Shown here piece after piece: positions 1 to 12,436 of a stretch of DNA of 64,000 nucleotides. The notes under the pieces are model-generated. The model ran no database searches and was not told the DNA's origin. It worked only from the letters and a program-made list of their open reading frames with translations. Both the position numbers and the translations under genes were made by a program. The stretch's first letter is position 1, and every line of letters starts with the position of its first letter. The DNA comes from Azolla caroliniana (lineage: Eukaryota; Plantae; Polypodiophyta), in the NCBI GenBank assembly GCA_043228905.1, contig JBHGNT010000027.1, positions 429,058 through 493,057 on the forward strand, given 5' to 3'.

Positions 1-252
1 GCGGAACCACCTAACGAGTATTTTAAACAGCAAGCATGATGAACCGGCATGTTCATCAAACCAAACAGGTTCTTCATGCATGCATGAAGGCCTTCATGAT
101 GATGAAAACCGCTTCATTGGAATGTCACCGTCTCATTGACAACACGAATGATAACGAATTGACAATATGAATAGTCACGTTAGTTTCCCATTCTTAAGCA
201 TGGATTATTATACAATAATCTTCATTTGCTTTTTTACTGTTGACAACATGTA

Positions 253-326
253 GTGCGGGGGCAGGGTTTGAACCCGCAGTCTTCAGGTCATGAGCCTGAC
301 GAGTTGGCCATTTACTCCACCCCGCA
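253..326 (-). tRNA. trnfM: tRNA-fMet(CAU), native mitochondrial type
   Basis: Reverse complement GCGGGGTGGAGTAAATGGCCAACTCGTCAGGCT-CAT-GACCTGAAGACTGCGGGTTCAAACCCTGCCCCCGC folds as a cloverleaf and resembles plant mt trnfM. Confidence 0.9.
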
Positions 327-691
327 AGCAAGCAAGCAATTGATCTCTCTCTAGCGAATCGGAATTTATTTTAGAAAAAAAGAAGCCGGCCAACTCCTAT
401 TCAATCTACTTGTGCGGGGGAATGTTTGCTTGCCCGCAGACCCAACTCCACGTGTTATTGATCGCATTTCCCGCTGTCCGTCCAAATGAACTTGCACTAC
501 TGGTTATTAAAGCAGCATTGATGTTACCTTAAAAGCAGCAAGCGCGCAAGAAAAGAAAAGAAAAGAAGCAAAAACTAGCACTCCCTTACCGGCTAGGTCT
601 CTCCCGGCAGGCCACTGCCGCATTCCCAAAAAGCAATGTATGGGTTTCTTCCATCACGTCACTGTCGCATCGCTCGTGCTTCGCACTCGCT

Positions 692-779
692 CGGAGGAAA
701 TGGGATTCGAACCCATGATACAAGAAGATTGTATGTTGATTTAGCAAACCAATGCCTTAAGCCGCTCAGCCATACCTCC
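692..779 (-). tRNA. trnS: tRNA-Ser(GCU)
   Basis: GGAGGTATGGCTGAGCGGCTTAAGGCATTGGTTT-GCT-AAATCAA, long variable arm, GGTTCGAATCCCATTTCCTCCG. Confidence 0.95.
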
Positions 780-784
780 GGTTG

Positions 785-811
785 GGATGGGGGATTCATC
801 AAGCCCCCATC
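785..811 (-). terminator. Stem-loop downstream of nad9 (putative 3'-end/stability element); near-identical copy downstream of cox2
   Basis: GGATGGGGG...CCCCCATCC inverted repeat; the same ~75-bp module recurs at 55770-55846. Confidence 0.5.
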
Positions 812-817
812 CCGAAG

Positions 818-848
<31 letters not shown>

Positions 849-1028
849 CTACTTGGGCCAGCATGCACCTATTCTTTCTTTCTTTATCCCGACCGCTCGT
901 CGGTTTACAATGAACTGATTTCGGATTCGGAGGGCTTCCGAGCCGCCTCGGCGGTTAGTACTAAAAGATCTGGGCGGCGTTAGTCGCCAAGGACTGGCAA
1001 AATTACAAAAGGATCTGGGCGGCATTAG

Positions 1029-1583
1029 TCGCCAAGGACTGGCCAAATCAGAATAGCAAAATTCTTGAACCATCTCCATCAGTTCAGGAACCACACATTT
1101 CTCCAGATCATCGTGACGTACTTCCACGTATCCACTTAAGAGGAAGTCTTTTCATAATAAATGACCCTCGAAACCGTAATCGGTTAATGTACGGCGTAAA
1201 TCAGGATAATTAGGAGAATGTAAACCAGACGTATCCCGCACTTCTCGCTCCCACCGGCCGGCTGATAGGGATATACTGATTACCAAACTTGCAGAAGTGA
1301 TTTCATCTACACCAATTCGTACACGAATGCATGGGTTATATCAAATGCTTGGTGAGTTATAGACTACTCCGAATCTTCATTTTTGAGAAGGATAATCAAC
1401 TCCGCGAGTATCGATCGGAATTCCAAGACGTATATTGATATGATACCTCGAAAACCACAGGAATTAAAATGGATAGTCCGGAGTGGCGCATAATATGCTT
1501 TCTTCCTTCGATGTTCAAAATCTATGTATCCGTTTGAAAACCGATAGAACAGTAGCAAATTATTTAAGTGGACTGCAAGCCAT
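1029..1583 (-). CDS. nad9: NADH dehydrogenase subunit 9 (heavily edited)
   Basis: The frame from ATG 1583 gives GVDYPS..RF.VVYN, GRWERE, DLRR.LTDYGFEGH, SGYVEVR.DD and QEF..D.ASPW. Internal TAA/TGA codons need U-to-C editing. The stop is predicted by CGA>UGA at 1031-1029; the genomic frame stays open to 849. Confidence 0.9.
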
Positions 1584-2242
1584 GATAAAGTTCAGGCAGG
1601 GTTTCATAAAAATCGTAGTGAGCATTGATTCTTTATAATCATGGCTGTTTAATCGGAGGGCTGAAACCTTAAGCGAAACCGCGTCGAGGCCGGTCATGAG
1701 ATTCCGCCGTATCCCGGCAGCCTTATCATCAATTAAGGATCCCTACCCAAAGATTCTATATGCTTTTCGTTAGGGTTCCTTGATGGGCGGCTTTGGAATG
1801 CGTGCTGGCAACCGCTTCATCCGCGCCAAAGCGAAAAGGTTCTGGGGCCGTGGTGGGTTCGATTGATGGGCCAATCTTCTCAACTAGTTTTGTGCATATG
1901 AAGCAAACTTCTCATTCACAACGTTGGAAGATCGCATACCCGAGTACGGCGGCTGGGGGGGTTTGCTCTAAAGCCATTCCTACACCAAAAGAAAGGAGCA
2001 AGCCAAGGTTCTCATCACGGGCATCCCAGGGATTGTTATTATACGATAATCCTTGCATCACTCGTGCGAATCGCAAAGCCACCGTTTCCGGATGAATCAT
2101 GCCTGAACGAGCCAGTCAATAGGGCGGGTGAAAGTATTGAAGAATCGTGAATTCATTTACCAAATTAATTGTCGACTTGCTGCTGAAGGCGGCGGCTTTA
2201 GGTTTTTTTTTCGATCAAATCGTGGATGGGGTATTCATGGCA

Positions 2243-2329
2243 AGGAAGGGGAGGGATTCGAACCCTCGGTAAACAAGAGTCTACATAGCATTTCCAGTGC
2301 TACACTTTAAACCGCTCGGCCACCCTTCC
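2243..2329 (-). tRNA. trnS: tRNA-Ser(GGA), plastid-like
   Basis: GGAAGGGTGGCCGAGCGGTTTAAAGTGTAGCACT-GGA-AATGCTATGTAGACTCTTGTTTACCGAGGGTTCGAATCCCTC resembles chloroplast trnS-GGA. Confidence 0.9.
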
Positions 2330-2582
2330 TCAGAGAGAGAAAGCCATGGAACAAAGGCAATTGCCAACGATCTTTCTATATACGAAATTTCGGGTTATAG
2401 AACAAATTTAGAATAATTCAGACCTCCGCCGGTGGTTAGAAGCTTACCTAGCGCTAACAGCGTCACAGGGACCAAATGCGGCCGGGTGAAGCCGGCGGTT
2501 CATGCGTTAGTGGACCGCAAACACAGATTAACTACATGGCCTAGCATTGGCAGGGACCCCTTCAAGTCGATAGCTTTTTGGC

Positions 2583-2619
<37 letters not shown>

Positions 2620-3248
2620 GGTATATTAAGAATACAGAGACGGAAATGGCAATAGGAGCGGAGAACGCTATTGCAGCATTGTAGGGACTACAACATTGTA
2701 CGCAAGTTCGAATTGACAAAATCAAAGCCTAGCATGGTTTTTTGTCGAGGCTATGCTTCGTATCCTGAAACCCAAGAATCGGCGAAGAGAATCTTGAATT
2801 TCTCAGGCAGGATTTCATTTCTAGCGCGAACTGATCAGAAGCCCGCTACGGATAGACCGTCGCTGGGGCCGAAGATAATGGTGGTCCCGTCGAGGCCGAA
2901 GATGGTGGTCCCGGGCCGAAGGTGGTGGTGCCGCGCTGAGGCTTCTTTCATTTCCCGAGGAAGAGTTGTTGCCCTTCTTGCTGATTCGCTGGGGTTCAAG
3001 TCCTTATTACTACCGCTGCACGCGGCTGCGCATTGACTGTGAGCTCATTAGCCGGCAGCTAAGCAGCAATCACACATGGAGAAGACGTGCCAGACCCAGA
3101 GATACAAAGGCGTGCGTGCCCGCTTCTTCCGCCGCGCGCGCGCGCCGGTTCATCCCGGAGGAACCGCAGAGAAGAGATGCACCAGACCTTGCTTGAAAGT
3201 TGCAGCCAGCTAGAAAGCTAGAACCGGCCGGCAGAAAGCTGCCAACAG

Positions 3249-3281
<33 letters not shown>

Positions 3282-6200
3282 ATGCAGCCAGCAACAAAAA
3301 TGCGCCAGACCTAGAAACCAAAGACGAGCAAAAAAAAAGAAAAGGACAAACGAGCAGATATGAACACGGCCAACAGAGGGTATAGCAGAAGCCGCCAGAA
3401 GCAGCGGATGACCTGTTTCTACAAAAAAAACAGCTGCATATAGCAGAAGCCACTTCCAGGAAGATGCGGTGTAGAGCTGAACTGCGGACGGAGCGTGAAG
3501 AATTGTGAAATTCGGGAAGAATCTGTTACACCAAGTATCAGAATTACGAACACGAAAAGCAGCCAGCCGGACTGCAGCCATGCTGCGCACCTTTGGTGGA
3601 GCTGCGAGACAAACGTAAAGCGGCAGCTAACAGACTACAGTGAAGCTAGACTACAAGCCATTAGTAAACCCCGATGATTAGGTTCAGCTGTTGGCTGTGC
3701 CCGCGTATATCAATCCGTTTTTTCTGCTTGCTGTGATGCGGCATGAAACGATGAACCACAGAGACGATTTGCCAGCCAAGCCAGCCAACCGGGAAGCTAA
3801 ACTACGAACCAAGACCGTGCTCATCCCTGCTCGTTGCCGAAGCTAACATGCACTGATGAGGAGTTGAACCTTATGCAAGGAGCTCCGTTAGCTCTCAGTA
3901 CATCAAAAGAAATCAGTAAAGTAAGTAGAGCTCTTGCTTGCCTAAAACACAAAAAACAAGGTAAACTTTAATATTGGAAATTATTCATGTTATCTTTTAC
4001 GATTAATATCCTACCTTACTGATCCAATTCTTCTCTTTCCATTTCTTTCACTTTAGAAGCACCCGGTAGGGTCTTGTATCTACTAGAGCTAGACCTTTGA
4101 CTTCTATCTGGTTCTTCCTCTTTCTTCTACTTTGCTTTATTTTAGAAGCACCCACCTGCTACTTCCGCCTCATTTACACTAAAAATAGTATGCCGGCGAA
4201 CGTGGAAATTCAGCTTTCCGCCTCTGCCCTCGTAGGTGAATCGATGGGCGGTAAATTGTCGTCTTCTGCGGCGGCCCGCATCATAGGCGCGTTGCTGCTT
4301 TCTGCGGCATCCTCGTAGGGTGAGTTGTGTTCTATGGTATACTGCGATATAGGTAAGGATTCTTCGGCCGAAATAATCTTATTGGATTATAAAACGCCGC
4401 ATTAATTGTATAGCTCTGCGCCATTCGTATTTAGCGTAAGCTCCCTTCATCAGGGAGTCGAGTTCTTCAATCCGCTCAATATCTTCCGTACCCTCAGTCT
4501 GAGTTACACGCTCATTGATGTGCGGTTGATCTAATGCTTCAGCGGTGTCTGCTGTGCTTGCAGCACTTCCTCTTCTACTGACGATGTTGGTAAAATTAAC
4601 GAATAGATAGTTATTGAGCCTTTGCATGTGCTTTTTTATTTAGTGTTTAGGTCTAATTAGTAGGCTAGGCGTTAACCTGCCCGAAGAGGTCAGACGTCCC
4701 TCTCCTGCTCGTTCTTCGTATCCATAACGATTTTGTTTCAAGTAAGGTTTTAGGGTTTAGTGAATGGGAATCCCTTTAGATTATAAATGTCCTGCGAGGC
4801 AAAAAACCTGGTGAAGCATCTGATAAAGCAGCTCATTTTTAGCTCATATTCTTCCTGGGCGAAGCGCCGCTCGTCTCATATTCTTTTATCCTCCCCTGAG
4901 TAGACTTCTACTAACTTCTTTTCTCTAAAAGGGAACAATTCGTTTGTGAGAATAGCCGTATTATTCTTTTTGGACGGAAAGACCTGCTTCACTGTTCCCG
5001 CTGTGGGATTGGCTTCGAGCTCTTCTTTCTTGCGCGGGCGGCTTAGGTGGAAGGTAAAGAGGGTCCCTTTCTGGTCATTCAATTTCTACCAAAAAGCAAG
5101 CAGCAAAGTAATCTATAAATTCTATCTAAGTTATAGGAGGAGAGACAGGTCGTTTTCCAGATCCTTCGACAACGAAAAGAATGGGGTTGAGAACTGCTGA
5201 ATAGCTGGTTTGCCTGCACCGTACAGTTCTGGCTTTGACTTTCGGTCGATTCCCCATTACTGTAAACGTGGCGGAAACTGCCTGCGGTTAAGTGCCGGCA
5301 CAGAACAAACATTTCGATGATAGAATGTCGGTTTAGTTTCCGCAGGCCATGCCGGTCGGATCGCCGTTCCGGCGGACCAAACCTGCCGTGGCTTTGCCTT
5401 TCCCTTTGCCTTTGAATCGAGTCTCGAAAGCAGCTATGAAACCGTGGGGGGCGACCCCTGCAGGACCTGTGCTGTAGGCCACCCCTAAAGCAGATAGAAC
5501 CAGAATCGGATCGTGAAAGACTGATGGAACGAGTGACATGACCGAATGATTGTTTAGCTAGTGATAGATTTTACGGGTCTTAAACGTTGTATGCTTTCTT
5601 TTTGGGGTGTTGGAGTATTGAACTTTTATTTCCTCATCACCTAGCCCGGGATTTAGTGAAATTCTCCCTACACCTTGACTAAACGATCATTTCGAATGGA
5701 CGACGCAGGAGAGGAGTCGCATCCTTTCTCCTTCCGTATCCGCTCTTGAAAATCACCGGCCCGCCCCTTCCACCCATCATAGTGCCCCCTCGTCCGTTAC
5801 TTTACCTCAGTGCTCTCCTGCCCGCGTAACATTATGAAAGGGTTGAGAACAGCAACGGCGACGGTATAGCAAGAGAAAGCTAGAGAGAAAGGGCTATGGG
5901 AATGTGAAGGACTCCCTTCGTTGAAAAAGAAAGTGTCGATTGTCTATTCTTTAGGCACTCGCGGGAGACTAATCTCTCCTAGAGAACACGTGTGGGAAGT
6001 ATTCGTTTCTAATAATCCCAAAGTCTTTAAGGTTTTGACCATTTTGTGTAACCATTAGGATGCTCCGAAAACACTGGAGTACAGGAAGGAAACACTGGTG
6101 TCAAAGCATTCTTTGGGAACCACATCCTGTTCTTCCTAGATGGATGATTTGCCCCGTTTGATGCCGTCGTGTGAAAGTTGTTTTCATGATTTAGGAATTC

Positions 6201-6355
6201 AACTGATTTTAGGTAATCCATCTTTATGTGGCACGACATGAAAGGTGCTATGAAAAACACGTAACCGACCGAATTACGTGAAATGGATAAATCAATCTGG
6301 TTAGGGCATTCTTTAGAACTTACTTCAGGAAGAATCATCCAGGGCTGCGGTTGCG

Positions 6356-6720
6356 GTTTCTTCTTTCTTGTATTCATAACTTTTTTCTATTGCTTTTTCG
6401 GCGAAAAGGCAAGCAAGTTTTACCTGACTTAACTGAAAAGCCTAGAAGTGTTTGTAATGCACAGCATCCTTAGCTCAGTCGGATAGAGCAACAACCTTCT
6501 AAGTTGAAGGTCACAGGTTCAAGTCCTGTAGGATGCGGAAAGTGCACATTAGATTATATACCTACGGAATGCTTTGCCCTTGTTCAGGGCGGGCTAGCGG
6601 GTTCTTCCTTTCAACCGAACCTGCATCATGCTTCGGTCACTTTTCGCTATATTGGTATATGGGATTACTTGCCCCTTTTCACTTCTTTTTAAACAGCCAT
6701 GATTATAAAGAACCAATCTC
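6356..6720 (+). repeat. trnR/leader cassette, also at 24038-24402 and (from the 6402 equivalent) at 35411
   Basis: Identical sequence at offsets 17682 and 29009. Confidence 0.9.
6464..6537 (+). tRNA. trnR: tRNA-Arg(UCU), copy 1
   Basis: GCATCCTTAGCTCAGTCGGATAGAGCAACAACCT-TCT-AAGTTGAAGGTCACAGGTTCAAGTCCTGTAGGATGCG. Confidence 0.93.
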
Positions 6721-6871
6721 AGATTTTTATGAAACCCTGCCTGAACTGAACTTTATCATGGCTTGCAGTCCACTTGAATAATTTGCTACTGTTCTATCAG
6801 TTTTCAAACGGATACATAGATTTTGAACATCGAAGAAAGAAAGCATATTATGCGCCGCTCTACCGTATGAA

Positions 6872-7549
6872 ATGGAAAAAGGAAAGAAAGAGTATTATTC
6901 CAAAAAGGAAAAGAAAGTCATTTTTTAAAGATTACCGAATACAAGCGCACATTCGGGCTATTAGGGACCCCCAACTCCATATTATTAAAGATATTTATAC
7001 GGATTTAGACGCGGAAGGGCTATTATTGATTTGGAAAAAACACTTTTATTCTTGAAGATTGCTTGTAATGCGATTGGATCTATCATTCGTAAGGAGGGCC
7101 ATTTATTGTTGGTGAATATTGATCTTTTGTACGATGACACAATGAAAAAAATGGCGAGAAGGACCAATTAAAGTCATATCAATTCCAAATGGATTGGTGG
7201 TTTCTTAATCAATTGGGAACATATGAAACATGAAGAACGCTTTAAGTATTCATCCACGTGGCGGCATTCTAGTCTACGTTTTTTAAAGATGTAAAGATAT
7301 TTCGAAGGACTGATAACATGCTAAATTTCAGATAGTTTAGTTATACCGAATGCACGTAAAGATTTCATAGCTATATTTGAAGCTAATTGATCATGAATAT
7401 TTATTGCATTCCTGGTGGATTCTACTCTCCTAGAGGGATTACATAGGTTAGTTATTTATCTCATTCTGGTAAATAATGATTCCGTGTGGTTCACAAATCC
7501 ATTTTGCTAATTGGTCACGAAAATAGTCATTCATTCGAAAAAGGCTTGA
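6872..7549 (+). CDS. rps2: Ribosomal protein S2, copy 1; an alternative in-frame start at 6758 comes from a duplicated nad9 5' end
   Basis: YLYGFR..AIIDLEKTL, GHLLLVN, KWIGGFL.NW.HMK and AI.EAN motifs; many editable stops. The 3' end is uncertain (7549 or 7612). Confidence 0.85.
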
Positions 7550-8563
7550 GAACCCAGCAGAAAAGCCAGTAAAATAAGGAAAATTCAAAAAAGAAAAAAG
7601 AATACCCACTAGAAAGGATGCTAGTTGCTGTCTCTCACCTCTTCAGAGCGGCACCAGAAATCAAGCAAGAACCAGTATTATTCGTCACCTTACTATGCGT
7701 CCCTTTGCCATTCTTTGCGATGGCGAAAGCGGCTCCAGATGAGAAAAAGAGCCCAGCACAGCCCTGGAATTTGGGCTTGATACACTGGGAGGTTATAAAC
7801 AGTCACACCCGCAGAGAGCGGCTGGGCGGTAAGTTGGAGGGAGTTTTCTGCAACAACTTTAACTTTCGCAGCTAACAGAAATCTCCTCTGTCCTAGAAGA
7901 TGACGTTAGATCAAACCTATGCTCTCAGGCGCTTCTAACGTCCTACAAAACCGAAATCAAGTCAACAACGCCGCAAGCAATTAGTGACCTCAGTTCAGCT
8001 AGCAGGAAATATGATACTGGGATAGGGTAGCAGGCACTATCGCGAGGCGCTCCCCTATCCCAATGGGACTACAGGAAAGTCCGCAATGCAATATTGTGGA
8101 GAATGAATTAACCCCATTAAGGCAACCACGAAAGCATACCGCTTACGGTTTGATGAGTCTGATCTCGAGCGAGAATGAATTATCATTTTGTTCTGAGAAT
8201 TCATCTGTTGGCTCAGCTCCTGGGGATGTAGAGGGCTAAAAGTAACAACAACTTGGTTATGGAAAATTGTCTTCAATTAAGTCATTTTTTATCCTATACG
8301 TCGGGGCGGGGTCCGCCCCCTCCCACGCCAATTGAACCAGTTAAAGGGAAGACAAGATCGACCCTCAACCATGCTGCTTTTACGGCATGCTCTTCCTTTC
8401 TTCCTGTGCTTGTTCTCTTCAGTCTAAGCTACGTAACTCCTCCCTTCAGTCCAAACCTTCGTCCCAATTCGTAAGCCTTCGCTTGACCGCAGTCCCTCGG
8501 TAGAAATGGGTTTGGTTTTCCCATAGCCATGATCTGTAGCCATCCTTTGTCCTATTTGTCAGT

Positions 8564-8634
8564 TGCGGATAACGGGAGTCGAACCCATATCCTCTGCTTG
8601 GAAGGCAGATAATCTACCGTTAATCTATATCCGC
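8564..8634 (-). tRNA. trnG: tRNA-Gly(UCC), copy 1
   Basis: GCGGATATAGATTAACGGTAGATTATCTGCCT-TCC-AAGCAGAGGATATGGGTTCGACTCCCGTTATCCGCA. Confidence 0.93.
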
Positions 8635-9045
8635 CTAAGTTTCGTTTCCGAAAGGAGGGGTATTATGAAGAAAGAGATCATTCCTATAATACAAATCGGC
8701 CGAAGCGCGGGGCCTTCTATGCGCGCGCAAAGACTTTGCCCCGCTCAAGCACCTAGTAGAATGCGAGTGATGGATCATTTGTGTTCAATTCGTTTCATAT
8801 ACGATAATTCATGGAACGCTATCGATGAAAATTTTCTGTTCGTATCTCTCCAATTCAAGAGCAATCAAGCCAAACTGCAGAGCCACCATTCGACCCTGCC
8901 TCTACAGGTACAAAGAAGGATGTAGCGGGAAGGGAAAAGGGCCTAGAAAGAAAGTCTTATGTCCTTGCAGCAAGCAAGTCGCAGCAATGCAATGAAGGCC
9001 TTCGCTTTGTCGTCGTCTTTCGATCTATACGTTTTTCGAACTCCA

Positions 9046-9078
<33 letters not shown>

Positions 9079-9429
9079 GCTTTAGGCTTTAGCGAGGTTC
9101 ATGAAATCTCGAAGAAAGCAGCAAGCAGCTGGGGTCTTTGAATAGTTAACGTCTCACAGGTCATGAGGCGGCTCGAAAGTCAAAGAATGTATATGATACT
9201 AACCGTACATTTTCCCTTCCCGCGCTGGTAGCTCAACTGTTAACCGCTTCATCCGCGATTGGTCTACGGTTTCAATCCCTTCATGCGCTTCATGAAGAAG
9301 CGCTTCCTCCTCGCGCATAGCGCTTCATCCGGCCGGGCCGGGCCGGGCCGGGCCGGGCCGGCATTTACCCAACTTGGAATTAACTTCATCAAGTCAGTAC
9401 AGTTAACGAAAGGACGCTGGCGCTTCCCT

Positions 9430-9652
9430 TTGAGATTCCCTCCAGCCACAGGTTCCCCTACGACTACCATGTTACGACTTCACCCCAGTCACTGACCCAA
9501 CCGTGATATGCGCCAAGAAGACCACCAATACCAAAATGGGCCACACTCAACGTAGGCATGGAACACTTTAGTAATGGGTGATCTCTGGTCGATGCTTCGG
9601 GCGAAACCAATTCCCAGGGTGTGACGGGCGGTGTGTACGGGGCCCGAGTACA

Positions 9653-9702
<50 letters not shown>

Positions 9703-10138
9703 TTCTCGAGTTGCAGAGAACAATCCGAACTGAGGCAATCTTTCTGGATTCGCTCCGCCTTACGGCCCTGCTTCCTATTGTAATTGCCATTGTAGCACGT
9801 GTGTAGCCCAGCCCATAAGGGCCATGCGGACTTGACGTCATCCTCACCTTCCTCCATAGTAGAACTACGGGCAGTCTCTTGTGAGTGCAACATCGGCACA
9901 GAGGGAGTGTCATCAATCCTGGCTAACCGCTGACTGAACACAGATTCATGGGCAGGTACCGATGAAGCGGCTCACTTACCACCGGCTCGCTCGTCGGAAC
10001 CTCAAGTTCGTCGGAAGCCAGCCCATGTTCTATGTTCCTGCTTGCCGAGGGTGAATGATGACATTGATCCTCTGGGAGCAGCATATCTTAGCAACACAAA
10101 ACGAGGGTTTCGCTCGTTATAGGAGTTAACCAAAAACG

Positions 10139-10177
<39 letters not shown>

Positions 10178-10284
10178 ATGAATTTTCGTTTCATCCCGTT
10201 AAGGACAAGCACACCGGTTCATATGTCAAGTGTTCATACGTCAAGTGTTCATATGTCAAGGGCTGGTAAGGTTTTGCGCGTTGT

Positions 10285-10317
<33 letters not shown>

Positions 10318-10437
10318 AGGCCCCCGTCAATTCCTTTGAGTTTCAGTCTTGCGACCGTACTCCCCAGGCGGAGTGTTTAACGCGTTAGCTGGGCCCCCGA
10401 TCCGCGGACCAAGGACGAACACTCATCGTTTACGGCA

Positions 10438-10473
<36 letters not shown>

Positions 10474-10713
10474 AGCTTTCGCACCTCAGCGTCAGTAGAG
10501 ACCCAGAAAGCTGCCTTCGCTACTTCGGCGTTCCTTCGTATATCTCCGGATTTTATCCCTACACACGAAATTCCACTCCCCTCTGTCCCACTCGAGTAAA
10601 TTGGTTTTGAAAGCATTCCGCCAGTTGAGCTGGCGCCTTTGACTTTCAACCTGATTCACTGCCTACGTGCCCTTTACGCCCAGTCATTCCGAATAACACT
10701 TGCCCCCCCCGTC

Positions 10714-10749
<36 letters not shown>

Positions 10750-10905
10750 CTTCTTCGAGTCTTGTCATAATCGCGTACTCGACGAAAGAGCTTTACAAGC
10801 GGCATTGCCCTTCCTCGCGTTAGCGACGTTTTTCACTCACTCACGCGATATTGCTGGATCGGGCTTTCGCCCATTGTCCGATATTCCCCACTGCTGCCTC
10901 CCTAC

Positions 10906-10943
<38 letters not shown>

Positions 10944-11051
10944 GTCCGAAAAGATCAGCTAAGCATCTGCGGCTTGGTCAGCCTTTACCCAACCAACTAC
11001 CTAATACTACGCAGGCTCATCAAACAGCGCTTTTTAGCTTTATCGAAAAGC

Positions 11052-11087
<36 letters not shown>

Positions 11088-11260
11088 AGCTGCTTTCGTT
11101 TCTTTGGGATTCGGCCCAAACTGTTTGGCAGATTCCCACGCGTTACGCACCCGTTCGCCACTTTGTCTTCAACTGTTCTATAGACGAAAACAACGTTCGA
11201 CTTGCATGTGTTAAGCATATCGCTAGCGTTCATTCTGAGCCAGGATCAAACTCGGTTTTT
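9430..11260 (-). rRNA. rrn18: Mitochondrial small-subunit (18S) rRNA, copy 1; ends approximate
   Basis: Universal SSU motifs on the minus strand: GAGTTTGATCCTGGCTCAG, GTGCCAGCAGCCGCGGTAA, AAACTCAAAGGAATTGACGG, GTACACACCGCCCGTCA and AAGTCGTAAC. Confidence 0.97.
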
Positions 11261-12159
11261 TGGTCAATTTCTGCCATACGAGGCAGGTTGATGAATTCAT
11301 GTGCAATATTTGAATTTTGGTGTGACTCTTGGTTGGAGAAGGCCACACCACAGTTGGTCTCTTCTCCATAAGCCGGACCGCCAACGTCAAGGCGAGATCA
11401 CATTGGTCCAGTCCCCGCATAGCCAGTGGAAGGGTGAGGTGCATCCACTCAGATAGCATGGGGAGGTCGAATGACTGCGGCCACGTCAATCCGCTTCTTT
11501 TCTTTTCTTGTTGGGCCGCTAGCAATTGTCTAGCTTCTGCTACCAACTCCCCCATCGGGCCGTCTGACTTTACCGTAGCCGATAAGTAGCGTTAATCGTC
11601 TTCATCGCGCTGATGAAGCAGCGGGTTCATCCACCACCTTGGTTCTTCCCCGCAAGCAACTTCCGCCGTATTATCCATAGCTGTTCATCAAGAAGGCCTA
11701 GAGTTAGTTTTCCGATAAGATTCAAGCTACAATTTCAAACAGCACCTTTTCTTCATGAAGCGCAAGAAAACTGCACTGCGGAAGAAGAAGAAGCGGTAAA
11801 AAGTGTAATATAAATGGCTACCAAAGTTCTTCTTTTGAACTTTCAAGAAGGCCTGAATATTCATGGATTATTATACGATAATCTTTAATGCGGCTCAGAT
11901 TGCGGAAAGAATTGAATGCTGGAATTTCGAAATTCCGTTGGTAAAATTCAGAAGGATCATGCAAGAAGGCAATATCATCTTCTGGCCATAATCTGCGAAT
12001 CCAGCAAAGCAAAGCAAAGCAGCACTTTTCTTTTCACTTTAAACCGAGCCGGCGGCAATCTTGATGAATCACTGGCAAGAAGATGCTTTGCACTTTTCTT
12101 TCCACTTTAAAGCAGCAATCTTTTCACTCGGAAATGGCAAAAGAGCTTGGAAGAAGAAT

Positions 12160-12230
12160 AGGCTAGGGACGGAGTCGAACCGTCATTCCAGGATTTGCAG
12201 TCCAATACATTGCCATTATGTTACCCAGCC
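12160..12230 (-). tRNA. trnC: tRNA-Cys(GCA), copy 1
   Basis: GGCTGGGTAACATAATGGCAATGTATTGGACT-GCA-AATCCTGGAATGACGGTTCGACTCCGTCCCTAGCCT. Confidence 0.93.
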
Positions 12231-12436
12231 AGCAGAACGTTTTTCCCGCTTAAATGAAGAGAGGCGGGACTCTCATTTAAGGGGGGTGACCTTAGGCCAC
12301 CCTTTGAAATAATCTAAAGCCTTACAATCAATTTCTGCGATGCCATAAAATGTGAACCAACGACAACGATTTTGGGCAAAATAAGAATTAGTGATTGAAA
12401 AAGACCCGCAGCTTGCTTGTGAAGCCGACCAGCGTA

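Larger units (their letters stand above)
6402..11540 (+). repeat. ~5.1-kb direct repeat R1, copy 1 (trnR-rps2-trnG-rrn18); copy 2 at 35411-40548
   Basis: Identical ORF track at offset 29009/29008; one 1-nt indel at 9552. Confidence 0.95.

Noticed and set aside
9150-9430. Expected rrn5 downstream of rrn18
   Set aside because: No 5S similarity here; rrn5 lies upstream of rrnL at 43167 and 61240.
9259-11371. ORFs up to 223 aa in the track
   Set aside because: They overlap rrn18 in sense or antisense and are spurious. The same applies to 42109-42585 over rrnL.
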